A stretch of DNA of 62,998 nt, filler included, from Octopus bimaculoides (taxonomy: Eukaryota), in assembly GCF_001194135.2 (NCBI RefSeq). It is 7 parts of 6 records of this genome, joined end to end, with 100 filler letters (N's around TTAATTAATTAA, not from the genome) between each part and the next. Parts side by side here need not be neighbours in the genome. Positions count along the whole stretch, not along the records: positions 12,899 to 34,341 come from NC_068986.1; positions 34,442 to 39,192 come from NC_068986.1; 5 more parts are not named here. The stretch is one strand, 5' to 3'. The notes under the pieces are model-generated. The model saw nothing but the letters and a program-made list of their open reading frames with translations, did no database searches and had not been told where the DNA came from. The first letter of the stretch is position 1, and every line of letters starts with the position of its first letter. Shown piece after piece: positions 25,136 through 37,899 of this stretch. The translations under genes were made by a program, and so were the position numbers.

Positions 25136-26284
25136 ATATAAATGAATAAATAAATATATTTAAATATATATANNNNNNNNNNNNNNNNNNNNNNNNNNNN
25201 NNNNNNNNNNNNNNNNNNNNNNNNNNNNNNNNNNNNNNNNNNNNNNNNNNNNNNNNNNNNNNNNNNNNNNNNNNNNNNNNNNNNNNNNNNNNNNNNNNNN
25301 NNNNNNNNNNNNNNNNNNNNNNNNNNNNNNNNNNNNNNNNNNNNNNNNNNNNNNNNNNNNNNNNNNNNNNNNNNNNNNNNNNNNNNNNNNNNNNNNNNNN
25401 NNNNNNNNNNNNNNNNNNNNNNNNNNNNNNNNNNNNNNNNNNNNNNNNNNNNNNNNNNNNNNNNNNNNNNNNNNNNNNNNNNNNNNNNNNNNNNNNNNNN
25501 NNNNNNNNNNNNNNNNNNNNNNNNNNNNNNNNNNNNNNNNNNNNNNNNNNNNNNNNNNNNNNNNNNNNNNNNNNNNNNNNNNNNNNNNNNNNNNNNNNNN
25601 NNNNNNNNNNNNNNNNNNNNNNNNNNNNNNNNNNNNNNNNNNNNNNNNNNNNNNNNNNNNNNNNNNNNNNNNNNNNNNNNNNNNNNNNNNNNNNNNNNNN
25701 NNNNNNNNNNNNNNNNNNNNNNNNNNNNNNNNNNNNNNNNNNNNNNNNNNNNNNNNNNNNNNNNNNNNNNNNNNNNNNNNNNNNNNNNNNNNNNNNNNNN
25801 NNNNNNNNNNNNNNNNNNNNNNNNNNNNNNNNNNNNNNNNNNNNNNNNNNNNNNNNNNNNNNNNNNNNNNNNNNNNNNNNNNNNNNNNNNNNNNNNATAT
25901 ATATATATATATATATAAACATCAGCTCATATAAACATATATAATATACTAAACATATGCGGATGGCGTTATGACATTAGCAATGAAATTTTCATTTCCT
26001 GTGGACCGCTTGATACTTTAGAAAAACAGATTCTTGGATGCTACACTACTGGAACTCTTGAAGCCTACCAAACAACAACGTACCCTGTGAAATTTGACAC
26101 TTACATAATCTCACCATATATACCGTCCTCCATTCCAATGTTGCAAACGAGACGTCATATTTAGTGCTACCCTGGGTACGTGCTGATAGTCGGCTAATGA
26201 CATGTAATAGGCAATGAACAAATATGTACACCATTCTGTCTTTAAATCTGTAAGAAGTTTCAGCTTCAGAGCGCGGGCATATAG

Positions 26285-26440
26285 GAAACCACCGTTAGCT
26301 TTTGCTACACTTTCACTGGAAACCTCATCTGATTTGTTGCATTTGGTGGAGTAGGAAGTTTGAGGCTGTTTCCTTCATCTGCTTTTCCTACTTTCAAGTA
26401 GGCTCATCCGGAATACTTGACAGGCGAAGATCCAGTTGTA
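26285..26440 (-). mobile_element. CR1-type LINE ORF2 C-terminus / 3'UTR remnant
   Basis: Minus frame LDLRLSSIPDEPT*K*EKQMKETASNFLLHQMQQIR*, resembling recalled CR1 C-termini (LD..L..IPDEP...ASNS). Confidence 0.45.
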
Positions 26441-26555
26441 TTTTTAACTATATATGTTTCCATGTATGTATGTAATGTATCTATGTCTATTTAATCATGT
26501 ACGTATTGACGGAGAGATGGCCACATTGGTGAGACGTTACATAATATATTTATAT

Positions 26556-26610
<55 letters not shown>

Positions 26611-26624
26611 CATATATGGGTACA

Positions 26625-26893
26625 GGGCGTCACCAAATGTTCAAGCAACATGAAATACATAAAAAACAGGACAAGTAAACACAAAGAAAGGACCCTTCGT
26701 CAGCTGTCTGCCTGCTCCTCATTTCGAGAAACTGTCATGAGAAACTGTCAACTCTCTTTGATGACTCGTATTGTCATTGAATGCTAGAAATGAGGAGTAG
26801 CTAGACAACCGGCAACTGAAGGGTCCTCTCTCTGTGTTTACTTGTCTGGTTTTTTTACGTATTTCATGTTGCTTGCACAGTTGGTGACGTCCC
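26625..26893. mobile_element. Fold-back element with about 105-bp diverged inverted arms (PLE-type or MITE)
   Basis: 26625-26728 is the inverse of 26784-26893; the left arm holds CTGACGAAGGGTCC on the minus strand. Confidence 0.75.
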
Positions 26894-26993
26894 ACCAAAT
26901 CTACTCACAAGTTTTGGGCGGCATGTGGTTGGGAAGCAAGTGTCTTACCATACAGCGAATATATACGCAGTGTGTGTGCACGCATGTATTTGA

Positions 26994-27026
<33 letters not shown>

Positions 27027-27028
<2 letters not shown>

Positions 27029-27230
27029 GGTATGTGGCTAAGTGGTTATGGTGTTGCGCTCATGATCGTAGGATTGTGGTTTCGATTCTTGGACTAGGCT
27101 ATACATTGTGTCCAAGAACAAAATACTTCATTTCATGTATATTTCAGTTCACTCTGCCAGCAGAAATACGTAATCATCATGCGTAATCCAGGAAACCGGC
27201 CTTGTGGGCCGATGACTCGACAACCTTTGA
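27027..27230 (+). mobile_element. Diverged tRNA-derived SINE
   Basis: A box TGGCTAAGTGG, B box GGTTTCGATTC, then CORE/V-like TTGTGTCC..GAACAAAATACTTCATTTC. Confidence 0.6.
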
Positions 27231-27273
27231 TCATCTTTTGATGTATGCATGTTTGTAAGTATGAATATATCTA

Positions 27274-27365
<92 letters not shown>

Positions 27366-28031
27366 GATGGATAGATGGATGTATGTATATATGCATATAT
27401 ATGCTATATATATGTATGTATATTCGTGTCTGAAACAAAAGGATAAATAACATCATAATTCGTTGTTTTTTATTGGCATATTGATCATCACACATGAAAA
27501 AAGTATATCGCATACACACATATAAAATTTATATGCATGTATGTATGTGTGCGTATGTATGTATGTATACTATATTGATATTTCGACATATCGATTAATA
27601 ACTGAAAAAAAATAATAAATTAGAAATATAGAAATATGGCGATGGGGGTCATATGTGCGTACGTATGTGTGCAGTGTGTTTAATAACACATTAGAATCGA
27701 TTTGTCGTTCGATATATGATTGTTTGTATCGGTTTTCTGCAAGACAAGAGTATTTAAAGAATTCTAATGTAAGGTTTTTGTATGTAATTCTAGTATCGAT
27801 TACTGAATTATATTGAAAATCGAACTTTTAATCACAACTTCGTATTGCTTTATAGGATATTGATATAAACAACATGGCATACAAGAATAACGATAAATAA
27901 GGCAAAAATCTAATATATTTTTAATGTTAAATTAACGATTACAAAGTTTTATACTGTAAAGCAATATTTTATATTTAAATGCGTTATATATCTATATATT
28001 GTTGTGTATATGTATACATATATTTATATCA

Positions 28032-28067
<36 letters not shown>

Positions 28068-28739
28068 NNNNNNNNNNNNNNNNNNNNNNNNNNNNNNNNN
28101 NNNNNNNNNNNNNNNNNNNNNNNNNNNNNNNNNNNNNNNNNNNNNNNNNNNNNNNNNNNNNNNNNNNNNNNNNNNNNNNNNNNNNNNNNNNNNNNNNNNN
28201 NNNNNNNNNNNNNNNNNNNNNNNNNNNNNNNNNNNNNNNNNNNNNNNNNNNNNNNNNNNNNNNNNNNNNNNNNNNNNNNNNNNNNNNNNNNNNNNNNNNN
28301 NNNNNNNNNNNNNNNNNNNNNNNNNNNNNNNNNNNNNNNNNNNNNNNNNNNNNNNNNNNNNNNNNNNNNNNATGTAAGGTTTTTGTATGTAATTCTAGTA
28401 TCGATTACTGAATTATATTGAAAATCGAACTTTTAATCACAACTTCGTATTGCTTTATAGGATATTGATATAAACAACATGGCATACAAGAATAACGATA
28501 AATAAGGCAAAAATCTAATATATTTTTAATGTTAAATTAACGATTACAAAGTTTTATACTGTAAAGCAATATTTTATATTTAAATGCGTTATATATCTAT
28601 ATATTGTTGTGTATATGTATCATTTATTCATCGATCCATCACTATTTCAAAGGATCGAATATATAAATTGATCTGGTGTAACTAAAAAACAGCTGAAATC
28701 TTGCACACTACATAAAAATGTCATTGAACCCTAATACAG

Positions 28740-29105
28740 ACATAAACCTATATATGACGGTTGTCCACTCGAGTTTAAGCAACGCCATTACTGACAATAT
28801 ACAACGTAGGTGTATTACAATGTGCTTTCTCTCTTCCGTCATCTCTATACATCTCACCATGCATAAACATAAACCTATATATGAGCAACGCCATTACTGA
28901 CACTATACAACGTAGGTGTATTACAATGTGCTTTCTCTCTTCCGTCATCTCTATACATCTCACCATATGCATCTCACCATGCATAAACATAAACCTATAT
29001 ATGACGGCTGTCCACTCGAGTTTAAGCAACGCCATTACTCACAATATACAACGTAGGTGTATAACAATATGCTTGTTCTCTCCCGTCATCTCTATACACC
29101 TCAAC
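28740..29105. repeat. About 125-bp tandem repeat, 3 copies
   Basis: Unit CATAAACCTATATATGA...GCAACGCCATTACT...TACAACGTAGGTGTA.TACAAT...TCCGTCATCTCTATACA recurs at about 28740, 28868 and 28988. Confidence 0.9.
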
Positions 29106-29528
29106 ATATTTTCGACGCCGCATTGATTCGTTAGAAAAAGAAAGAGAGATCTAAAGAAAAATGACAGAAAGAAAGAATAGAAACACGGTAATACATTTGC
29201 TGGATGTTGGTCTTAATAGGGTTTGCGCAACTCTGGAAGAACTCACTGTGCCATACCAGTGTGATTCATAGAAAAACAGTGCAACATATCTGGTGTCCAT
29301 AAAGGATGCATGCGCGAGAATGTCTTGAATGTCAGCTGGATCAGGAGCTGAAGGTCTCTAAACTGGCCCAAAGCCATAACCTATACAATACGCATTAAAG
29401 TAGAGTAACCTCAAGTTAGATATTTGCTTTAGAAAAAGCTGAACTGTGCCTCTTTCTGAATGGGTATACACGGCCCGGATCACCGGCTTATATGCATCTA
29501 TAAATGTACATAAATACATACATATATA

Positions 29529-29780
29529 TACGGGGTCTGGTCAATATGTATCCGGAGTGTTGCCATAGTGAGGCCGCTTAGCAACGATTGGCCATATACA
29601 CTGCTGTGCATGCACACAAAGTTTAAACACTCTAGCTCACTTCCGCTGTTTACAAGCACTGCTATAAATAGCGGAAGTGAGCTAGAACCTTAAAACTTAT
29701 GGCACATACACAGCAGAGTTCAAAGTCAATCTTTGCCAAGCGGCTTCACTCTGCGACCGGATACTTAATGATCATATCAT
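29529..29780. mobile_element. Mariner/Tc1-like MITE remnant with internal hairpin
   Basis: TA-CGGGGTCTGGTCAATATGTATCCGG left TIR; degenerate right TIR CCGGATACTTAATGATCATA; 22-bp inverted repeat at 29631-29686. Confidence 0.5.
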
Positions 29781-29931
29781 TGTGTGTGTGTGTGTATATA
29801 TGTGTGTGTTTGAGTGTTTGTATCGCATGTATATATCTGTATGTATCTTTGTACGTATATGTGTGTGTGTGTGTATGCACCGGTGTGTGTGTGTTTGTGT
29901 GTATGTATGTGTGTGTGGTGTGTGTGTGATT

Positions 29932-29970
<39 letters not shown>

Positions 29971-32703
29971 TGTGTGTATTGCTCAAAACAGTTTGATTCA
30001 GATTCCGTGCTACTTGAAGTTTCAAAGCAACATTTGGAAATCTAAAACCCCCAGTGGAAATATATATGTAGAAGGAGAGAGAAAAGGAGAGAAAGATAGA
30101 CAGAGATATAGACAGAAAGAGAGAGAAATATAAAGAGACCGGGAGAGAGATATGAATTTTCATACGTACATGAACGCATGCATGTACCGAGTTAAGAAAA
30201 GCAATGCGCTGCTATAAAGATGGTCACTGAGAGTGAATCACATGAATGTGAACTCTGTAAATTAAACGGCCACAGCTTATCCGCCACCACTTTTTCAGAA
30301 ACGAGAGGAATTCATTTCACAATCTCACCTGGCTGTTTTTCAAACCTGCCTCTATTAACAAATTGGTAGCATTTACTTGGTCGCTTGACCTGCTATGAAT
30401 AACATTGAAATCTCGCTCAACAGTCTGCCTACTTTTGAGAAAAGAAAAACAATAAAACGACTCATTGTATAATACATATATATATATATTCAAGTGGCGC
30501 TATACCAGAAAAAAAAGAAAAAAAAAACAATGTAATATTGAATGATAGAATACTTTTAACCAATATTGGCCCAGAGTTCAAAACAAGAATTATTTCTAAA
30601 TAGGCTACACGTGATCAACCAATTCATTACTTCATACTAATGAGCTTAAAGAGTGTAATTATTTACAGAAGTCGACATTTATTTTGAATTCCAATTGGTC
30701 TTTCTTTATTGAATTTCTTGCTACTCCATGTCTTTTGATTTCATTTTTGCTTTTTTCATGAAAGGATTGTCCAATTAAATCTGTTATAGCATGCTATGTA
30801 TTATAGTAAATAATATATTTTCTTTATTTTCTCAACTAAAACTCACATTTCATTTTATGTACAGCTTTCAGCGTGCACCATTCAGAACAGTCATCACCTA
30901 CCTAATGTTCTTCATTTGCTACTATTGTTTATATCATCAATCCTAGAAGAATTAAAGTTACTACCCTATGACTTTATTTTTACAATTTATAAAGCAATGT
31001 TATAAAGCAACGGAGTTTGTAACAAAGTCAAAGACTCTAGATAGTCGGAGTATCCACAATCAGCTATATGCCATAAAAAATTTAAAATATTGGCTACACC
31101 AGGTCACAGGAGCATCGCTCAGTCTGCTGCTAAAATTTCTTTTTCTCTGCATGCGAGGAAGACGAGAAAGTTTCTTCTCTCTCTGAGGTTAAATCAAATT
31201 CTTTAAATATTTAATAACATTGTACCGAGGCACAAGAAGCCAGCGCCATTTTGAACGAGATCTCACCGGTAGCCATTACCATCTGCGAGAAAAGAACGAG
31301 ATCTCGCCTGTAACCATTTGCTCTGCGCGAGTCGACAACGAGACTCTCGACGGAAACCAGTATTTAAGCAAGAGAGCACCGACATTCTCTCTCTCACTCT
31401 TCTCACGCTCAACGCCGAGAAACACTGCGAAGTCAGCAGCTCACGGTGGACTCTTGTCCCGCTCTGACTCCACATGCTGATCTCCAGAGTTAATGAACCT
31501 CACGTGTACGGAGTTAAGACAAACAACGCGCTGTTATAAAGATAGTCACTGAGAGCGAACCACATGAACGAGAACTTTGTAAAATAAACGGTTGTTGAAT
31601 TGTATTACATAAACGTTGACGAGAATCACCTCGACTGTCAAATGCCTCAGCATTTGCTACAATACACCATTTTGAAGTGTTGGAAAGAATCGATAACATA
31701 AGCAGTAATTTATAATGGCAGATTTCACCACTTGTACCCTCCCTAAAAATATTTTATCATGTGCCTTTTTGTTATTTTTGTATTTACTTACAGGAAGAAT
31801 GTCAACGCCATGACATTTTTCGTGTCCTTTGATAATGATGCGGTAATCCGAAAACCGAAGACCTGGTCTGAATGCTTGGAAAGAAAGGCAACTGCACAAA
31901 ATATACCCGAGGGCCAGATGGTGGCGTTAAACCGGATAATTTCACTTTTCTGTTTAACAAAAGAGTCACTCTTTCCCACTGGATTCTACTCGTATTATCA
32001 CAACCAAATTTCTACTCTACAATGAGATTTGAACTCAAAATCACGTAGTTGTCAAACGATTTTCATAAGCAAAAGATCTTAAAATTGCTCCTATGTTAAA
32101 AATCAATAACAAATGTACTAAGAACATTTGTGCGTTATGCTACGTGTGAACATTTGATTTTATTACTCAAGTTACTTTGGTGTATTACTTTATATGACTT
32201 CATGTCCTATTGATGACAAATATATAAATTATATTTATGATTCTTTCCTATTAATCTCTTTCTTCTACATTTTATGCTAACTTCCAGTCAATAAACATCG
32301 ATTAATTCCTCTGAAGTTCTTCGTTTAACTGTTCTTAAGACACGTGCAATTTAAAATAGTGTTAACTCAGTTTTGTAGAGTGTGTTAACAGAATATATGA
32401 AGAGAGCAATTGCAAGTGCGAAGGTTCGACTGCTTCATATTACAGATATTTCAAACGTCTCAAATTTCCGGAAATGATAGAAACTGAGATGATTTAAATC
32501 CCCTGTGCATTTGCCAAGAATTTAGAGGACATTTTAAAAGATTTATTAAGGAAGAAGAGTTTGTGAAAGACCTATGACCATTTATAGATCCTTCCAAACT
32601 GGGGATGTTGGTGTGGTGGGTTAAAATCAACATTTGCAAACATACATTTTAGCTGGACGGAATTCTAGAAAGCGAATGTTCTGTGAAAGAAAGAACTTTA
32701 GAT

Positions 32704-33070
32704 GGCACTCCATCGCTTACGACGACGAGGGTTCCAGTTGTTCCGATCAACGGAACAGCCTGCTCGTGAAATTAACGTGCAAGTAGCTGAGCACTTCATA
32801 GACACGTGTACCCTTAATGTAGTTCTCGGGGATATTCAGCGTGACACAGTGTGACAAGGCCGGCCCTTTGAAATAAAGGCACAACAGAAACAGGAAATAA
32901 GGGTGAGAGAACTTTGTGGTGAAAGTGTATAGCATGGTTCGCCACCATCCCGCCACGTGGAGCTTTAGGTGTTTTCGCTCAATAAACACTCACAACGCCC
33001 GGTCTGGGAATCGAAACCACGATCCTATCACCGCGAGTCCACTGCTCTAACCACTTGGCCATTGCGCCTC
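32704..33070 (-). mobile_element. tRNA-derived SINE, family C, near full length
   Basis: Minus strand begins GAGGCGCAATGGCCAAGTGGTTAGAGC...GGTTTCGATTCCCAGACC (A and B boxes); its 3' part recurs at 22781. Confidence 0.8.
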
Positions 33071-33119
33071 TACGAAAGAAACTAACACAGGGTTGGATAG
33101 TGTGGGGAGTAAGGCGGAG

Positions 33120-33490
33120 CAGACAGTGTGGCGTTCTATCAGCTCCATTTAAATTTGTACAGGTACAGTTTCCACATTGACGGCAAATGAGTTGCGAAGC
33201 AGCTCAAAATTACTTTGCTGTGCTTCAAAGTCACTAAAGAGCCCTTGCGAATTTAACGCAGAGCAGACTCAATTTATCAGAAAAGTGTTGCTTTAAGAAC
33301 ACCGTGGCGCTGATTTGGCTCAACATTACTTGGCAACAGAGAAAGTGAGACAAGTTCAATTGATGCATTTGTGTCTCCCATAAGTGCAGCTTCAATTGAA
33401 ATGCTTTCACTGAATCATACATATCACAGATCATGCGATCCTGTCCCTGAAACTGGATGTTTAAAACACGGAGAGTCAACCCCTGTCAGC
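33120..33490 (-). pseudogene. hAT transposase fragment (GTF2IRD2/SPIN/Charlie-like)
   Basis: LNIQFQGQDRMICDMYDSVKAFQLKLHLWETQ...; after a frameshift FSDFEAQQSNFELLRNSFAVNVETVPVQI*MELIE. Confidence 0.8.
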
Positions 33491-33862
33491 AAACCTCCTA
33501 TGATATAAGGCATATCAACCATGTCAGTTACCTCTTGATTATTTTTCTATTTTTAAACAATATTCACAGACATGATATCAAATGTTATGTAAAGTATATT
33601 TAAATTTTTCTTTAACTTTTTTTTAATTTTAAGGTAGCACGGTGTGACGTAAAAAAAATTTGGTTGTTATTTTTAACAGGTCGAACGACCACATAGTGGT
33701 TCTTTGACGTAAGCGGCTTTGACGTGATACTGCGACAATGTTACGTTTACTCTGCCTTGTAATGACAGCTCGCCACATATAATTTCACACTCCGAATGAA
33801 TGCTGAAAACGGCATTTTCCCTTTACAATTAAGGTAGAAACAACAGCAGCAATATCAGCAGC

Positions 33863-33936
<74 letters not shown>

Positions 33937-34078
33937 TGATGATGACACTGCATCTTTAACATAAATGCCTTAAGTTCAAAGATTTCCAACAGGGAATCAT
34001 TTCAAAACCAAATTTTAACCTTCTCTTCTACCTCAGTTCTTCTTTCTTTCTTTCTTTCTCATCATCATCATCATCATT

Positions 34079-34112
<34 letters not shown>

Positions 34113-34307
34113 CCATCATCATCGTCATCATCACCATCATCATCGTCGTTGTCATAATTATCGACATCATCACCATTTGCAACCTCATCCTCCTCTCTCT
34201 CCCCCTTCTTCATCGTTTTGTTCTTTTTCTTCCTCCTTCTCCGCCTTCTCTCTATCTCTTTTCATCTCTCCTTCCTCTTCTCTCTATAAACTCTCTCTGT
34301 CTGTCTG

Positions 34308-34341
<34 letters not shown>

Positions 34342-34441
34342 NNNNNNNNNNNNNNNNNNNNNNNNNNNNNNNNNNNNNNNNNNNNTTAATTAATTAANNN
34401 NNNNNNNNNNNNNNNNNNNNNNNNNNNNNNNNNNNNNNNNN
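34342..34441. other. Assembly join spacer
   Basis: 44 N + TTAATTAATTAA + 44 N. Confidence 0.95.
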
Positions 34442-34560
34442 GGTAGGAGGGGGTGGGGTCGGAGGGGAGGAGGCGGTAGAATAGGGGATTGTGAAGCTGA
34501 CTGAGCGCTTCCCTCCTGTAAAGGTCCGCGCGCCACACCACCACTGCTCCACCTATATCA

Positions 34561-34965
34561 CAGGAGTGGTTGTGTGGTAAGTAGTTTGCTTACCAACCAC
34601 ATGGTTCTGGGTTCAGTCCCCATGCATGGCATCTTGGGCAAGTGTCTTCAACTATAGCCTCAGGCTGACCAAAGCCTTGTGAGTGGATTTGGTAGACGAA
34701 AACTGAAAGAAGCCCGTCGTATATATGTATATATATATATGTATGTGTGTATGTTCGTGTGTCTGTGTTTGTTCCCCCAGCATCGCTTGACAACCTATGC
34801 TGGTGTGTTTATGTCCCCGTAACTTAGCGGTTCGGCAAAAGAGACCAATAGAATAAGTACTAGGCTTACAAAGAATAAGTCCTGGGGTTGATTTGCTCGA
34901 CTAAAGGTGGTGCTCCAGCATGGCCACAGTCACATGACCGAAATAAATAAAAGAATAAAGGAACA
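34561..34965 (+). mobile_element. SINE family A, full length (second tail fragment at about 35030-35240)
   Basis: tRNA-like head with GGGTTCAGTCCC B box, CTTGGGCAAGTGTCTT CORE-like block, internal (AT/GT) tract and A-rich tail. Confidence 0.9.
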
Positions 34966-35992
34966 TATATGTATATGTGTGTGTGTGTGTGTGTGTGTCT
35001 TTATGTTTGTGCCACCACTACCACCACCACCACCACTTGGCAGCTACTGTTGGTTTGTTTACATCCCCATAACTTAGTAGTTCAGAAAAAGTGGCCAATA
35101 AAAAAGGTATCAGACTTCAAAAAAAGAACTAAAAAGTACAGGGTTGACTTATTTGACTTATTTGACTTATTTGACTAAAACCCTTCAAGGTGGTGCTACA
35201 GCATGGCCACAGTTCAATAACAGAAACAAATAAAAGACGACGGGTATTTTTAATTCTGGATTCCTTTCCTGCAGAAATCTTTGTCTTGCTACTTTAGGAT
35301 TCCTGTCCATCTCCATTAAATAAAAATCTCTCTACATATCAAAATAGCATTTTTTTTTTTCCTTACAAAATTTTGTTTACTTACAAAAGTGAAATAGTTT
35401 AAAGTAAAAGTTCTTGACATGTCAAACTATATTAGAGTAGATGATGGAGGCAGACATAATCTGGTGGTTGTGGAATATTTATTCAAAGGATAGGCTTAAG
35501 TCTGGCAAGTTAATAAACTTTAAAAAATATAAATCAGGGTTAATCTTTTTTGTGTATGACCAGTTCGTGAGTCATGTGTTTCTGTCTGTTCCGGATAGTA
35601 GTAGTAGTAGTAGTTTCATCCTCCCTTTTCTTACTGGAGTGGTTTTTGCTCCATAATAAGATTTGAGCTCAGCATTGCAATAGTTACACTGAAAGCTAGT
35701 GACACTGCAATCCCGTAACACTGCTAACCAGAGACGCTGCATACCATTGACACTGCACGCTGGTGGCACTGCAAGCCAGAGACACTACAAGCTGGTGACA
35801 CTGTAAGACAGTGTCACAGTAAGTTGGTGATGTTGTACAATTAGATAATTGTGGCACCTTGTGTGGTGACTCTGTGATGAGGCAACTTCTGTGTAGTCAC
35901 TCATCTTTCTAGAAAGTGCAACTAAATCTTCCTCAGCTCCCATTCTACAGTATCTTTTGAAAAAGATGAAAGGTTGTTTTGATATTCTAGTG

Positions 35993-36290
35993 CAGGGGTT
36001 TTCAAACTTTTTGACTTGCGGACCCCTTTATATTTCAGGCTTTACCTTAGGGACCCCCTTATAAATGCTTATGAAATTTATACATTAATATTTGCTTAAA
36101 ATAACATATATTTTTTACATTTATTTATTTAACAGTATTTAACAAATAGGTTTATTGTCAATTAAAAGATTTCGATTAAAAAACATATATAAAATCAAAT
36201 TGCCCATAAAAAGTATTTGCTGTCTACGGACCCCCTGTCATGTCATTGCTGACCCCCTGTGGTCCGCGGACCACAGTTTGAAAACCCCTG
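35993..36290. mobile_element. hAT (Charlie-type) MITE
   Basis: 16-bp perfect TIRs CAGGGGTTTTCAAACT / AGTTTGAAAACCCCTG; 8-bp TSD TTCTAGTG / CTCTAATG (6/8 identical). Confidence 0.9.
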
Positions 36291-36299
36291 CTCTAATGG

Positions 36300-36560
36300 C
36301 AGATATAATACATTGTTTCTCATGTTTCCTGGAGTTAGATGCCCCATTGTGGGTTGACATGCTAGATACTGAGGGGTTGGTAAGGAGTGGTCAGATGTGT
36401 TGAAATATCGGCTCCTTGGTTATCCCAACATGCATAGGAAAATACTGTGAAGGTTCTTGTGAAAGCAATTACCCATCTGATGATGGCCTGTTTCACCAAT
36501 GTAGTAGGTATTGCATGGTTTACATGTGATGCCATATATGTTGTTGGCTGACTCAACCAT
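36300..36560 (-). mobile_element. Penelope-like element GIY-YIG endonuclease fragment
   Basis: Minus frame NNIYGITCKPCNTYYIGETGHHQMGNCF...*PRSRYFNTSDHS (not listed in the ORF track). Confidence 0.75.
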
Positions 36561-36730
36561 CAAAAAATTCCTCTTTTCTTTAGAACTGACCATGTCTTCC
36601 CTTATTTTTAGTCTCTCTTCTCACTTTCTCCCAAATCTGTTTCCTGTCTCTCTTCCAACAACTTCAGTGCAAGTACAAATTTCAGGCCTTGTGCTTTTAA
36701 TAGAAAATATTATTATTGTTATTATTACTC

Positions 36731-36952
36731 TAAGGCGGCGAGCTGTCAGAATCATTAGTACGCTGGGTGAAATGCTTAGCTGTATTTCGTCTGCTGCTAT
36801 GTTTTGAGTTCAGACTCTGCCGAGGTTGACTTTGCCTTTCATCCTTTCAGGGTCGATAAATTAAGTACCAGTGAAACACTGGGGTCGATGTAATTGACTT
36901 ATCCCCCCCCCCCCCAAAAAAATGGCGGCTCTTGTGGCAAAATTTTAAACCA
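36731..36952 (+). mobile_element. SINE family B followed by (ACT)n array to about 37160
   Basis: Head, B box and central block as in other copies. Confidence 0.85.
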
Positions 36953-37106
36953 TTACTACTACTACTACTACTACTAGTAGCACTACTACTACTACTACTA
37001 CTAGTAGCACTACTACTACTACTACTAGTAGCACTACTACTACTACTACTACTACTAGTAGCACTACTACTACTACTACTACTACTACTATTACTACTAC
37101 TACTAG

Positions 37107-37160
<54 letters not shown>

Positions 37161-37899
37161 GAAATACATCAAGACTTAATGTAATGGTATCTGTGTTTGA
37201 AACGACTACATTGATCTGCCACCATACAATCATCACTATTTTTAATGTTTTCAATAATACCCTATTTGTATCTAATTATATATTAGACTAGTTAATGAAG
37301 ATAATTTCTTTTGACATAATTGGTACATTCCTAAGCTATTGTGTCATAGAGAAAATGATTAATCAGGTTAGTTAATTAATTAATGAAGGTTATTTAGTTT
37401 ACAAGGCCAACGGGTTTTAAACGACTGAAGGGGAGAAACAGTACTCTGTTAGGTTATTGTTGTTGTTGTTGTTGTTGTTGCTTAACCCTAGGTCTGTACT
37501 GATTGAGCAAACTCATGAATAAAAGCTTTCTGGCCATGACCATCATGCCTTATTTTGTTTCAAATATCATATATTGAACACTACATTATCTAGTTTAGTC
37601 TTAGATATCATTCTTAAAATAATAGGATATGATTTATGGAAACATTGGCTGTTATTTTTAGCAGGTCAAGCAACAATGTAGAGGCGGTATGAGGCTTTGA
37701 TGTTCGTTTCTTTTGTGTATTCCTGTCAATTAATATTCCTTGTTCTCATGTTCTTTGTCTTTTGTGCATGTATTTTGCAACAAGCTAACAGGTACATAAT
37801 ATGTTTGTTAGGCATGGCTTTGTGGTTAAAAAAACTTACTTTGCTTCCACGTGCTGTGCCATCTTAAGTCTAGGGCATGCTGGGCTATTGTCTGAAGTT

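Noticed and set aside
27767-28620. 249-bp exact direct repeat (27767-28015 and 28372-28620)
   Set aside because: Identical copies on either side of an N gap next to (AT)n; most likely an unmerged contig overlap, though long reads would be needed to exclude a real duplication.
31912-31929. CTCF-like motif GGCCAGATGGTGGCGTTA (weaker half-match at 16147-16162)
   Set aside because: Core positions mismatch, and a single motif cannot be supported without binding data.
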